A stretch of DNA of 64,000 bases from Lama guanicoe (taxonomy: Eukaryota), in assembly GCA_013239625.1 (NCBI GenBank), contig MU053881.1:7401957-7465956 (forward strand), read 5' to 3'. The notes under the pieces are model-generated. The model saw only the letters and a list, made by a program, of their open reading frames with translations. It was not told the DNA's origin and searched no databases. Position numbers and translations under genes: made by a program. How positions within the stretch are numbered: position 1 is the stretch's first letter; each line of letters opens with the position of its first letter. Positions 25,581 to 38,999 of the stretch are shown here, in pieces.

Positions 25581-28500
25581 GTGTTTTCCACATCTAAAAT
25601 CAGGATACACAATGTTTTTGCTGCCTCTGGGTAGAACAGGCAGCCTGAGAGTTGTAAGATGGACAAAGGAATAAGCACTAGGATGTCCCTGGCTTAGCAA
25701 TGGTCCTCCTTCCGAACTGTTTGAGTTTTTAATCACAAGATATATTTTCCTAATAAAAAGTTCATAAAAATGTTCGAACTCTAGTGAAATGAAATTCATT
25801 CATACCTAAGGTTCCAGGTCAGATTTTTGTTTTCTCTGTTCATGTGGGTGAGTCAATTTCATACACAGGTAAAGAAGGGCTACCCTCACCCACTGCAGGC
25901 AATCAGAGGGCCAGCTTCCCGGCTCCCTGGGCCATACTGGTAACATACAGACCTGCCAATCTCAATGTAGCTTTGTAACTGGGGGGAGGGGTGGAAGTCA
26001 CCAACACAGAGCACCTAGGAGCCAGGGATGGTTCTCTCATTTTATCCCTATAACAAGTCTAGAAGCAAAGTGATAATAACCCATTTCACAGGTGAGAAAA
26101 CTGAGGCCTACCTCCCCAAGATCACTCAGCTAGTGGGTAAATGGAACAGAGAATAACCTCCTGATTCAAAAGCCCACACTTTTTCCATTTCGTCTTCTTT
26201 CTTTTTCTTTCTCTCTCCCCACCTTTTTTTTTTGTGGAGAGGGGAGATTTTAAACTTTTAAAATAAAGAATAATTATTCACATTCCTACCACCTAGAATT
26301 AATCAATCCTTTAAATTTTCAAGACTATATCTATTCTCTTCCATTCCCCCTTCCACTTCTCAGTTTCATTAGTTTTTTTTAAAAATACATTTTCCAGTTT
26401 TCTAACAATGACATTCTTTTTTGTAGTCATAAATGTTACTTTTAATACTAATTTTGATAAATCGGTTCATTTGGACTCAATGCTCATCGGTATTTCCTTT
26501 TATCACAGCTTATCAATTCCTACATTTTACAATTTTGACTCATCTCTCAATTGGCTGGATTTTATTTTTCAAGTAGGTTTCTACAAGAGGGTTTCATGGG
26601 AACCCAATTTTTTTCTTCGACATCATTTTGACTAATTTTTTTACTAACACCGCGGTGTGCACTTTTTCTATATGTGCAGAGGAACTCTTTTTCAATGAGA
26701 GTCATAAGCAGGACTCCCCACCTGCAAAGTAGACAAGACCAGGCCTGATCTCAGAGTCCTTAGCTGCCCAAGATCCTCAGGGACACTTGGAATCCTATAA
26801 ATTTCAGTTTGAAAGCTCTGTCTGGATATGAGTGCATGCATGATGGATCATAATAATTTGCATAGCAATTCTTCAGACATCTCGAATCAGTCTAACAAAC
26901 TTCCAAATATTGTATTTTCAAAGTATTCATGAATTGGCAATCACTTGCTAAATTAATACAACCAGCTTTTCCCGGAAAAGTATTCTGGCTGCCTATTACA
27001 AGGATACATTAAAATAAGCCTGATAAAACAAAATTTCAAATGGGAAACCAGAACTAAAGAGCTTAGAAGCAAAGATGCAAGAATGCTAATCCCAAAGACA
27101 AACAAAGGAGGCAGCAAGGGCAGCCCTTCGGAAGGTCAGGCCCCAGGCCAGGTAAAAGGAAGAGAAGGCTCTGAGGACATGCAACCTGTGTGGTCAGTTA
27201 ACCGCGCTGCAGCATTTTTTCCAGGGAAAACGCATGGAAAGAAGAGGAAAACACTCATCTGAATTTCAAAATGTAGGACACAGGAAACACTAGGAGGCTT
27301 TTCCACTGTCTTGGGAGGCATGGGGTGGAGGAAAGAGCACTTTTAGGGGTGGGTGGAGGGGGCGGGGAGAACAGCCACAGGCTCCCCGTGTGACCCCAGG
27401 CGAGTCATTTCTCCTCCCTGAGCCTTGCTTCTGCACCTGCAGAAGTGAGGTCTCTGCCTGTTTCTCAGGATTAGCATCCAGCAGCGCGTAGGAGACACTG
27501 AGGAGAGTTGTAGTGGTTGCTGGTTTTAGTTTCATTCTTTGCCCTTGGTAGACACCTAGAGTTTGCTTATTTGTCACTGAGTGGAAGTAGATTTGCAAAA
27601 AATAGAGTTACACCATAAGAGGACAGGGTGTTTTGAATCAGATCCCCCCCACCTCCCCCACTCTCACTCCCTCTGTGTGTAAAAGGTTTTAACAGGGCCA
27701 GACTGGGAACTTCAGAGGCCTGGGCACTGAAAAGTACATGGTATCCAAAATAGTATTAAAGCATAAAATAAATGTACAGAAGGTTAAGAAACCTCTTGTT
27801 TCCCCCATGATGACTCCTTTAAAGCTGTTTTAAAATATATCAAATCCTTTCCCCCACCCAGAAAAACGTTTCTGTTTGTTTGCTCTTTGGTTTGCACTGT
27901 GTGTATGTGTGTCTGTGCATAATGTGTTTGTGTGTGTGTGTGTGTCTTGGTGTGTCCGTGCGTGTGTGTGCACGTGCACCCCTGCACCAATCTGCAGAGT
28001 TGCCTTGGAAGCTGCACACAGCTGACTCAGCGCTGGAGGTACTCCCTGTCCTGGAGGTTGCTGTGAGGAGGAACGAGGCTAATGTGGTATAAGGGATCTA
28101 GCACAGTGCCCCTGTACGTGGTAAGAACCCACAGATACCTAGTTCTGCAGGCAGTCTCCTTTCCTCTGACCTCTGTTTCACCTTGAGAGGGCCTCCTTCA
28201 CAGTGCCACCCCTGCCTCCTTCCCGCCCCTCACCCCCATCCCAGCACAGAAGAGCCCTGCCTGAGGGATTAGCTGGGAAGCAGGATCGGAGCCCACTGCA
28301 CTCTTCTTTCTCCTTGCTCTGCCCGGCCACCGGAAGGACACACACTGTGCTCACCCCACAGCAGGATTATAGGCCGGCCCAGGGAGGGGGTGAGCCGGGG
28401 GGGGTCCAGTTGGGCCAGCGAGGGTGGGGAGAGCCTACCTGACTGTGGCTGGCACATTAGCAAGCTCATTTGGCTCTTACACCCAAACCATGCTCCCAAT

Positions 28501-28587
28501 ATCAATTTTATGAGTGACATAGGTGACATTGATTTCGAGGGGCCTGACTCCTGAGTCCAAGGCCATTAGCCTTTGTGCAAACTTTTA

Positions 28588-28737
28588 TTTTATTTTATTT
28601 ATTTAAAAAATATTTTTAGGGGGGGGAGGATAATTAGGTTTACTTATTTATTTTTTGGAGGAGGTACTGGGGATTGAACCCAGGACCTCATGTGTGCTAA
28701 GTATGTGCTCTACCACTTGATCTACACCCCCCATCCC
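28588..28737 (-). mobile_element. Camelid vic-1-type SINE
   Basis: Same core; perfect 14-bp TSD tgtgcaaactttta at 28574-28587 and 28738-28751, at a TT/AAAA L1-endonuclease-type site. Confidence 0.9.
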
Positions 28738-29293
28738 TGTGCAAACTTTTAAAAGCACCCCTTACCACCACTACCACCATCATGGTGGACACAACTGAAC
28801 AGACACTTGGCTTCACAAGAGATGGCACCTCTGAGGAAAGAGAAGGATGCCCCTTCCCCCAAGACAGGGCTCCCAGCTTGATGAAAGCAGTGGGCACTGC
28901 TTCCGGGACCAGGTGCTGTGCCCAAAGCACACTGTTGTATAGAGCAGTCCTCCTGGAATCAGGGTTATAATTTACTGGGGCCTCCAAAACCCTAATAATG
29001 TTGATTTTCCTTTAAAATGGTATTGATACTAATAAAGAAGTGTACCTAGAAGGTGTCACAGGCCCCAGTAGCTCCGTGACTGGGAAAATAGAAAGCAAAA
29101 TGAACATCAAACCACCCAGTCAAGCCTTTGCTTCTGGGTATCAACCCCTACAATAGCAAAGCATTATTTTCAGTAAATTCAAAATACTGATACTAACAAA
29201 ATGTATTCAAATAAACCACACACAGAGTTGAAAATTCTGAGAGAGGGCTAGAGGTGCTGGGTAGATGCCGGGGTAGATACCCCGGCATCATCA

Positions 29294-29503
<210 letters not shown>

Positions 29504-30989
29504 TTATCTGATGCCCACGCAGCCCACATGGGCTAAACAAAACCAGCGTAGAAACCACCGCCTGCCACGGGAGTCAGCGCAGGCCAGAGGCCTCCACTCA
29601 GTACTGACACATGACTCCTCCCCAGCACAGGCCATGCGCGCCAGCCTGAGTGGCGCCAGTGTGAGTGACGGGGAGGGCGTTCACGTCACCTGCCGTGGCG
29701 GACCTCCCACTGTGCGCCAAGCCTGAGCTCAGCACATCTCCTCGTTCTGTTCTCACAGCCACCCTGCGAGGTGCAAGCTGCGATCTCATTTTGCAGATGA
29801 GGAAATCGAGGCGCTGAGCGGTTAAACAATTTGGCCACAGTCATCAGGCTAGGAAGGGACAGGAAAATTGGCGTCTAACTTCCATATTCTCTATCGTGGC
29901 CTACCTGCTGCTCCTCAATTACTACATCCTAGTGACAGCAGCCTAAAATGCCAGTCTCCGTGCCACTCAAAGACCACCCAAACCTTCACTAAGAAAGTCA
30001 TAACTTTCTTCTACCCAGCCCTACCCAACCTTTGCTCCTCTATCTAAAAATGAGTGTTCCTTAGCCTTCACCGAAGAAAATCTTTCAGGCCAGAGTCCTG
30101 CCTCCTGAGGACCTCCCTGGCTTCTCTAGGCCACACTAACCAACTCCCCCCACCAAATATGGTAGGACTCCTATGAGTACGTAACATTCAAAGGTATGCT
30201 CTGCCTCCCCATTTACACTGTCAGTTCCCGGGGAGCTGTTGGCTATGGAAACACTCTGAGTCCTCTCTGTGCTATCAGAGGCTCCGTTAAGCCCTTGGAA
30301 CATGAGATGACACCATACCATTGCCGTGCTCAGGCCCTGCTCAGCATCACTTGCTAAGTGAGGACAAGGCCATACTGTTAATTCAGGTTAGGGATGAAAC
30401 TTACTTAAGGAATCACCAGCATGGGAGGTCTTCAAGAACAGAATAGGACACAATGATGCTTAATTTGACATGTGAGTCAAAACACACATGGTTTGACTTA
30501 AGGAAAATCACGGTATGATCCTACAAGGTTCTCCTCATTCATTCACACAGCAGACACTCAGTAAGCGCCTGTACTATGCCAGGCACGTGCTGGACACGGA
30601 TCTTGCTCTTCTGGTGAATGCGCAAATAAATGTAAGGTTACAAAATCCGATACACGTGATGGAGGAAACAAACAGGGCCTAGCAGAGAACCATGGGGGCT
30701 TCGGCTTTTGTTGGGGTAATTGGGAAAGGTCTCCCTGGGCTGACTAGACATGGAGGACTCAGACAAGTCAGCTGCGGGAACAGCAAGGGGAAGGCAATTT
30801 CAGGAAGGAGGCCCTGAATAAGGAAGGCACTTGGCACATTCAGAAAGTATACAGGAAGCTGCTGTGGATGGAGTATGAGAAGAGAGTAGGCGGTGACACA
30901 GGTGAGGCTGGAGAGGCAAGAACCAGGCCACGCAGGGCCTCATGATGAGCTTGGGCTTCATTCTAAGAGAATGGGAAGTTAGAGGGATT

Positions 30990-31345
30990 TTATTTAGTTT
31001 TTTGTTAATAGCTGTATTGAGATAAAATTTGCCCATTTAAAGCATATAATTCGATGATTTACTCACAGAGTTGTGAAACCATCACTGTGATTAATTTAGA
31101 ACATTCTCATCACCTCAAAAAAGTCCCTGCAGCCACAAGCGGCTACCAGTCTACTTTCTGTCTTTGTAAATTTGCCTATTCTGGACAATTCAAACAAACG
31201 GAATCATATAACATGTGGTTTTTTGCAACTGGCTTCTTTTACTCAGAACAAGGTTTTCAAGATTCACGTATGTTGTAGAAACTGTTAGTATTTCATTCAT
31301 TTCTGTGGCTGAATAATGCTCCATTGTATAGATACATCAGTGGAC
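30990..31345 (-). mobile_element. L1MB-like 3'UTR fragment nested in an L2 (about 30530-31480)
   Basis: atagctgtattgagataaaattt...gagttgtgaaaccatcac...tttgcctattctggaca...ggaatcatataacatgtggttttt; L2 sequence on both sides. Confidence 0.75.
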
Positions 31346-33559
31346 GGAAGGCTGAAAGGTGTTAAGCAGGGGAGTGATGTAACCCCATGACACTGACTAT
31401 TGCTCTGGCTGCTGTGTGACGAGCGGACAGACGGAGGCACAGTGCATGTGGGGAGGCCCATGAGGAGACCACTGCTTTGTCCCTCTGATCCCAGTGGTCT
31501 TCAAACTACGGAGAGACTCGTTGATGCTGAACCATGTGACCAAACAGTGCAGAAGGCAGATTATACTAAATAAAAGGAATCTTGAGTCATCTTGGCACAC
31601 TGACTCAGTTCATTCCCTCTCCATTTGGTCCTCTATTTTCTCATTGGTCAGCAAACAAAACGCATTCAAAACCTACTTCTTAGGTGAAATCAGCAAAAAT
31701 GGTGAAGTAGGGAATTCCAAGTGCCTGTTCCTCTAAAGCAGCAATGAAAAACCTGGCAAAAACCACCAGAATCAACTTTATCAAAACTCTGAAAAACAGT
31801 CAAAAAGTTTGCAGCAACCAAGAAAATGTTTATTCAAGAAAAAAAGCAACTGAAACCTGGCAAAGTTTTTACAGCACTTTAACTTACCCTGTCCCCCATT
31901 CTCTACTCCCCAAATTGGTGGCAGTCTTGATGGTATTCTATGTCCCTGGTGTGGGTTCATGTGGCTTGAGGGAGCAGAGAGGATCCTGTCCAAAGATTGT
32001 AGTTGTCTGTTTTGACCTGTCTGTGGGGGCCCTGAAGGACAGAAGCTATGAGCTGGCCTTTATTTCCTTGACTTGGGACTCTCTTAGGGCAGAGAAGCAG
32101 CTATGCAAAGGGCATTGGTTAAAAACCAAACCAAACAAAAAAAAAACATTTAAAGTCAAAAGGACTACCTGCTTCCACATGGGGTACAGAATATAAATTG
32201 GGGCAAACAATAATCCCACCAGTAAGCCTGGGAGGAAAGGCTTCAGAGTGATATGCTTTGGAGAGTAAGAGCTTTGAAGAATACCCATATACACCACGGG
32301 GGATCTAGAAGGCCATGAAGAATTGGAGATGTGTTGAGAAAGGATGTGAGGAAGCCCAAGACTCTCAATGCTGGTTGACCTTTAAGCTCCATGCAGGCAG
32401 GAAATGCAGGCTAAGGCAGAGCTGTAAATGGCCTGGCCAAGTGTTGAAGGCACACCCCAATACATACACACACAGAGTCTAGTTCTAAAGACTAGATTTT
32501 TTTCTCTCAGTTCAAAGCATTTAGAGACTTCAGTGACCACATGCAACAAATAATATAGTCCTAACAAAAATGCTTTAGAAAAGTGACTGAACAAGCTACT
32601 ACAATCTGTATCGAGCAGTGACAACACGTCCTGGCAAGGAAGGAGAATTTGATGCCTGAGTTAACACATCATAATATTCAAGATAGCCAGTTTTCAACAC
32701 AAAATTATGAGGCATGTAAGAAAGTATGGCCCATTCACAGGAAAAAAAACAAAAAGAAATTAATAGAAAGTGTCCCTGAAGAAGGACAGACACTGTACTT
32801 AGGAGACAAAGACTTTAAATCAATTGTCTTAATTATGTCCCAACAGCTAAAAGAAACTATGGGCAAAGAATTAAAGGAAACTAAGGGAATAATGTCTCAG
32901 AAAACAGAATAATAGCATTAAAGAAAGAGAAATTATTTTGTTTTTAATTCAAATAAAAATTCTGGAGCTGGAGAGTACAAATAACAAATGTGAACATTTC
33001 ATTAGAGAGCTTCAACATCAGATTTAAGCAGGGAGAAGAAGGAATCAGTGGCCTTGAAAATAGGTCAGTTGAGATTAGCCAGACTGAGGAGCAGAAAGAA
33101 CAAAGAATGAAGAAAAATTAACAGAGCCTAAGTGACCTGTGGGACACTAACAAGCACACCAATATTTATGTATGGGAGTTCTACGATAAGAGGAAAGGAA
33201 AGTGGCAGAAAAAAATACTTGAAGAAATAATAGCTGAAAACTTCTGTTTGACCGAAGCCACGAATCTACACACCCAAGCAGCTCAATGAAACCCAAGTAG
33301 GATAAACTTAAAGAGATCCACACCAAGACATAACAGTCAATTTGTCAAAAAACAAAAACAAAGAATCTTAATAGCAAAAGAGGAGCACTCATCATGCACA
33401 AAGATTCCTCAGTAAAATGAACAAATGATTTCTCTTCAAAAGCCAGAGAGGCTAGAAGGCAGTGGAATGACATATTTAAAGTGCTGAAAGAAAAAAAAAG
33501 TGACAACCAAGAATTCTATGTCACACAAAATTATCCTTCAAAAATGACGGAGAAATGAA

Positions 33560-33761
33560 TGGGATTTCAAAATTGTAGAACAGATAAACAAGATTACACT
33601 GTATAGCACAGGGAAATATACACAAAATGTTATGATAAATCACAGAGAAAAAAATGTGACAATGAGTGTGTATATGTCCATGAATGACTGAAAAATTGTG
33701 CTGAACACTGGAATTTGACACAACACTGTAAAATGATTATGAATCAATAAAAAATGTAAAA
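33560..33761 (+). mobile_element. Young camelid L1, 5'-truncated 3' end
   Basis: Perfect 20-bp TSD aaaaatgacggagaaatgaa at 33540-33559 and 33762-33781; AATAAA plus A tail; about 9 mismatches in about 197 nt versus the copy at 51347-51552. Confidence 0.9.
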
Positions 33762-34403
33762 AAAAATGACGGAGAAATGAAGAGATAAACACAAACAGGA
33801 AGTTCACCACTAACAGACAACTGGAAAGACAAATGCATAAAATAAGAATTATAAATCTATGATAATGTGCACCCAGTGTATAAAGATGTACTGTGTGACA
33901 GCAACAAAACTGAAGGGGAGCAACAGACCTATACAGAAGCAGAGATTTTTTGCATACTGTTGAGGCTCAGCTGGTATCAACTTAAAACTACACTATTATA
34001 AATGTAAGATATTGACGGTAAACCCCGGGTTAACCACTAAAAAAAAAAGAAAGAAAGAAAAAGAAAAAAATATAGAGAAAATAAATGAGAAGGGAAACAA
34101 AACAGCAAACCAGAAAAAAAAAAAAAGGCTAAGCACAGAAGAAGGCAGTAACGAAGAACTGAGGAACAACAACAACAAAACGTTTAACATACATAGAAAA
34201 CAAAAGGCAAAGTGTTAGAAATAAATCCTTTCTTATAAGTATTTACTTTAAATGTAAATGTAATAAACCCTCTGTCAGAAGGCACAGATTTACAGAAAGG
34301 ATTAAAAAACAAAAACCAAAAAAACCCATGACCAACTATATGTCGTCTATAATAGATTCTCTTTAGATCCAAAGATACAAATAAGTTCAAAATAAAAGAA
34401 TGA

Positions 34404-35202
34404 GGTCATCATGAAAAAGTCCACAAATGATGAATGCTGGAGAGGGTGTGGAGAAAAGGGAACCTTCCTACACTTGTTGGTGGCAATGTAGTTCAGTGGA
34501 GCCATTATGGAAAACAGAATGGAGATTCCATAAAAGACTAAAAAAAGACTTACATGTGATCCAGCAATCCCACTCCTGGGCATATATCTGGAGGGAACTC
34601 TAATTCAAAAAGATACGTGCACCCCAATGTCATAGTAGCACTATTTACAATAGCCAAAACATGGAAACAATCTAAATGTCCATCACTGGATAAAGAAGCT
34701 GTGGTTTATTTATACAATGGAATATTATTCAGCCATAAAAAGAATGAAATAATGCTATTTGCTGCAACATGGCTGGACTTGGAGATCATCATTCTAAGCA
34801 AAGCAAGCCAGAAAGAGAAAGAAAAATACTATATGATACCACTTTTATGTGGAATCTAAAAAAAGACACAAATGAACTTACTTACAAAACAGAAACAGAC
34901 TCACAGACTAGAAAACAAACTTATGGTTACCAGGGGAAAAGGGGTTGGGAAAGGATAAATTGGGCATTTGAGACTTGCAGATCCTAACTACTATATATAA
35001 AATAAACAAGTTTATACTGTACAGCACAGGGAACTATATTCAATATCTGGTAGTAACCTAGAATGAAAAAGAGTATGAAAACAAGTATATGTATGTATAT
35101 GTATGCCTGAAACATTATTCTGTACACCAGAAATTGACACAACATTGTAAACTGACTATACTTCAATAAAAAAAAAAAGAAAAGGGAAAAAAAGAGAAAA
35201 AA
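34404..35202 (+). mobile_element. Artiodactyl-type L1, 5'-truncated (ORF2 C-terminus and 3'UTR)
   Basis: ALFTIAKTWKQSKCPS...FAATWLDLEIIILSKASQKEKEKYYMIPLLCGI*; poly-A tail; TSD aaaagaatga at 34394-34403 and 35203-35212; splits the host L1 endonuclease region. Confidence 0.9.
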
Positions 35203-36495
35203 AAAAGAATGATAGAAAAAAAGTTCCACACACATAGTAACAAAAAGAGAGCTGTGCTGGGTATACTAATATTAGACAAAAGAGACTTTAAGCCAAAAAT
35301 TTTTACAAGAGACAAAGAAGGACATATTGGCAAGAGTCAATACACCAAGAAGATACAGCAATTATAAACACATACATACTTAAATATGGAAAGCAAACAT
35401 TGACACAATTAAAGGGAGAAATACATAGTTCTACAATAATTGGAGGCTTCAATACTCTACTATCAATAATGGATAGAACTAGGCATGAAATCAATAGGGA
35501 AAAAGATGACTTGAACAACACTATAAATAACCAGATCTAACAAGTCTATACATTGTACTCCGTCCTACAACAGCAGAACACATTCTTCGCAGATGCACAG
35601 GAAACATTCTCCAGAAGAGATCACGTGATAGGCCACAAAGCCAGTCCCAATAAAATCAAAGAAGACTGAACTCATACAATGCAGCTTTTCCAACCAAGGA
35701 GGAAAGAAGCTAGAAATAAAAAAAAAATAGGAAGAAACCTGGAAAATTCACAAACACGTGTAAATTAAACCACACACCCTTAAACAACCAATGGGTCAAA
35801 CAAGAATTCACTAGGGAAATCAGAAAATATTTTAAGATGAATAAAAATAAAAACACAACCCATCACAACTTATGGATGCAGTGAAACCAGTGATCCCATC
35901 AGTGAAGAGGCCTTGGGAAAGAGATGAGGTCAGAATTCTCCTCAAATGTAAACAAATGACATTTATAATGTGCTTCGCTATGTCACAGGGGAGCACATTC
36001 TCAATTGCCCTATCATGTCATCACAACTATGTGTGAAGTAGGCACTATCCCCATTTTACCGATGAGGAAACTGAGGTTCAGAGGGTTTGAGTGGCTTGCC
36101 TAAGACCCACCCACCCACCTGGTAGTAAATCACAGAGCCAGGACTCCCAACTCGGTCTTGTGCCTTATGCATGCTCTGCACCCACTGCCTCCCCACAGCA
36201 CCTCATGGTAGGTGTTCAGGGGATCACAAGACCCCGCATCATGCTTCCATCTTGCCACACTCTCTGAGCTGCACTCTCTGAGGGAAAAGGAGGAAACTTG
36301 CAGGCTTTTTAGTCCAAAGACCTATACAAATCAGCCCTGTCACTAAGGGACCAACTAGCCTTTGTGACCATTCATAGGGATGTGTCAATCCTGAGAGATG
36401 ATAAATCTTGGGAATTATGAGCTAGTATCTCTGGAGTCAGGCAAACGTGGCTCTTGAACCCAGTTCTGCCCTTTGACCAGCTCCGGCCTCAATCC

Positions 36496-36676
36496 CAGGG
36501 TTGCAGAGTATGATTGTGCATCCTTTGTCCAGCACAAGGTCATCCAGCCAAGAGCCTCCAGCGGAGGCTGGCACCCAATCCCTTATCTGCTTGCCAAGGT
36601 CTGCACTGTGTCCACCAGCGGAAGGGTGTCCTTTTGTAATTCACACGAAGGTACTGTACGGGCCAGTGGCAGCTTG
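36496..36676. mobile_element. MER91A-like hAT-Tip100 element nested in a MIR
   Basis: cagggttgc...cagcacaagg...ggaagggtgtccttttgtaattcacacgaagg...gggccagtggcagcttg; MIR halves on both sides. Confidence 0.65.
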
Positions 36677-38899
36677 CCTGAGCAATAACTTCACCTCTCC
36701 AAGCCTCCGCTGGGAAGAATGAAGAGATGATGGTCCCTGCCTTGCAGGATTCCTTGGAAGCTCAGCTGAGATTAATGCACAGAAAAAAGCTTCACTCTGA
36801 GTCTGGCCAGAGTAAGTGCTCAATAAAAGGTAATCACTTTTCTCTTTATTACCATTATAATAGCTCCTAAAGCAATCCACTCAGAGGAACTCCTTCAGAG
36901 CTCTTCTTTGTGTCACCTTGAAATCTGCTTCCCTGCAGTTTGCAACTAAAGGTGCTGTCGCTCAACACTGAATAAAACTGTCCAAAAGTGAACCTTGGGA
37001 GGACCCTCAGGGGACTCAGAGTTCTCTTCTCCTGAATAAAGATGTCTTGTTGCTTCACTCCCTCCACACCTGGCCTGATTTGAGACCCTGTCCCCACACA
37101 GGCTACTGGTGTTTGGACCCGCTCCACCTTGCTGATGCCCTAACTCTGCAGATTCTCTACTCACTGACCCCTCTGGCCCCAGAGGTCTGTCTGAGGACAT
37201 GCCTGTCATGGAGCCGGGCCGGGCCACAGAGGCAACCGAGGTTTCCAACAGAAGAAAACCATCCATAATATGTGTCTGCCTCTGGAGCACTAGTAAATTA
37301 GGTCTGGCCACCAGATATTTGAAGCGCAGGGCAAAACTCTGTTTTGTTCCCTGACTGTATCCTCCCCATCTTTCCTTATAAATCTCTCCTCACCCTCTGC
37401 CCAGCTCTGTCAGATGAGAAAGTACCAAATGATTGGTTTAAGACGATATCCTGGACAGACCTTGAAACCTGATGTCCAACCATGAAGGTCTGTATTCATT
37501 CCAAAGACTCACAACATCTGAAAATGAAAGTAACTGATGGCACCTTTTAATTTATAAATGTATTTCTGCCTTTGCATGAGGACCTCTCTTCTCAAAGCTC
37601 CATCTGGGGAAAATCAGACATTATTAACAAAGGAAGTGGCTTTGCATACCAATACCCAATTCTGCTAAGTTTTCTAAATGACTAACAGGAAACTTTGAAC
37701 CAGAATGCCACTCTTTGCTCAAGTTCGACTGCTTATCTATGAACCTCACTTGAGTTGCTTCTGACCAGTGTCAGAACAGGTCATCTTCTTCCCCACTTCC
37801 TGCAGGCCTAACCACTCTCAACTGCTGAGTGAGTGATGAAAAGGGCAGAAAACCTTGAGGAAGATACAGGAATGAGCAATAAGTAAAAATCGTTGAAATC
37901 AGCCTGCCCTGCTCTGCCCTGGCCGTGCACATCCATGGAAGATAAAAAAGCAGTGAAAGGACCCCCACAGACACCCATTCCAGCATTCCCTTTCATATGA
38001 GGTCCCCATGTCCTGGAGAATATGGACACATCCCCATGAAGGATCTGACCTCTCCCTGTAACAAAACACTGTACTCAGGAGCCGAGGCAGCAGCTGGTTA
38101 CTGACAAGCCTAGCCAGACCAAAATACTTATGGCAAAGTATCAAAGGGGGATTTAAGTGCCAGGGCCATCTGAGGTCATCAAACCCACTGAGGACTCTCA
38201 CGCTGGAAATCCTGAATTGTCAAGCCAGTAGGAACAGCCACTTTGAGACAGGTGAAAACTTCCAACAACCCTGGAAATCAAATCACTGCTCATCAGGACT
38301 CCAAATCAAGAGAAATAAGGAAAAATTAAACATACCATTGTTATAGTATGCAGCTCATGGAAACAGATAGGGTGGGGTCTCTGTGCTTTGTGCAAACTTA
38401 GAGATAAGTACAATATTTCGCTTGAATTTCTAGATGAGGAAACTGAGGCAAACAACTTAACCTATTATCTCTAACAAATAAGTTAAAGACAGAGAGTTAT
38501 TCAGAAGTCTGGATTTTAACCACTTCACATTCTGTTTGACTCCCCCACAATGGTAAACATTTACTGAGCACATACTATGTGCCAAGCACATATTACTTTC
38601 CAACAGATATTCATTTGAGCACCTACTGTGTGCCAGATACTCTTCTGGATATTGGGGTTAAAAGATCTGGATAAATACAACAGACAAAATTCCTCACATT
38701 CTACTTGTACCAGTTCATTTAATCTTCACAGTAACCCTCTAAGGTATCACCCTCCATGCAACATATGAGAAACTCAAAGAGAGATTAAGGAATTTGACCC
38801 CGGCCATGCAGCTGGACAGTGGTAGAAAGTGGAGACAAATCCAGATCAGAGTCCAAAGTCCTTACTTCCCTGACCAGCCCATTGCTGATGTCACAATTT

Positions 38900-38999
38900 A
38901 TTGTGTGTGTGTGCATATATATGTATGAATGTGTACATGTATGTAAGTATATATACACATGTATACACTAAATTTGTATTATATATATATATATATATA
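38900..38999. repeat. (TG)n/(TA)n low-complexity tract ending in a pure (TA)n run
   Basis: Read directly. Confidence 0.85.

Larger units (their letters stand above)
31675..35885 (+). mobile_element. Old L1 5' half (5'UTR, decayed ORF1, inter-ORF, ORF2 endonuclease region), 3' half missing; hosts two younger L1 insertions
   Basis: ORF1 remnant in ORF 32649..32912 and about 33100-33540 (aaccaagaattctatgtcacacaaaattatccttcaaaaatga); ORF2 EN start tttaaatgtaaatg at about 34247 running to ttatggatgcagtgaaaccagtg at about 35885. Confidence 0.85.

Noticed and set aside
31744..32196. 150-aa ORF
   Set aside because: It lies in the 5'UTR region of an old L1; no recognisable domain
33521..33721. Near-identical peptides MSNSSVQHN... 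here and at 51391..51693, suggesting a duplicated gene
   Set aside because: Both are antisense translations of the same L1 3'UTR
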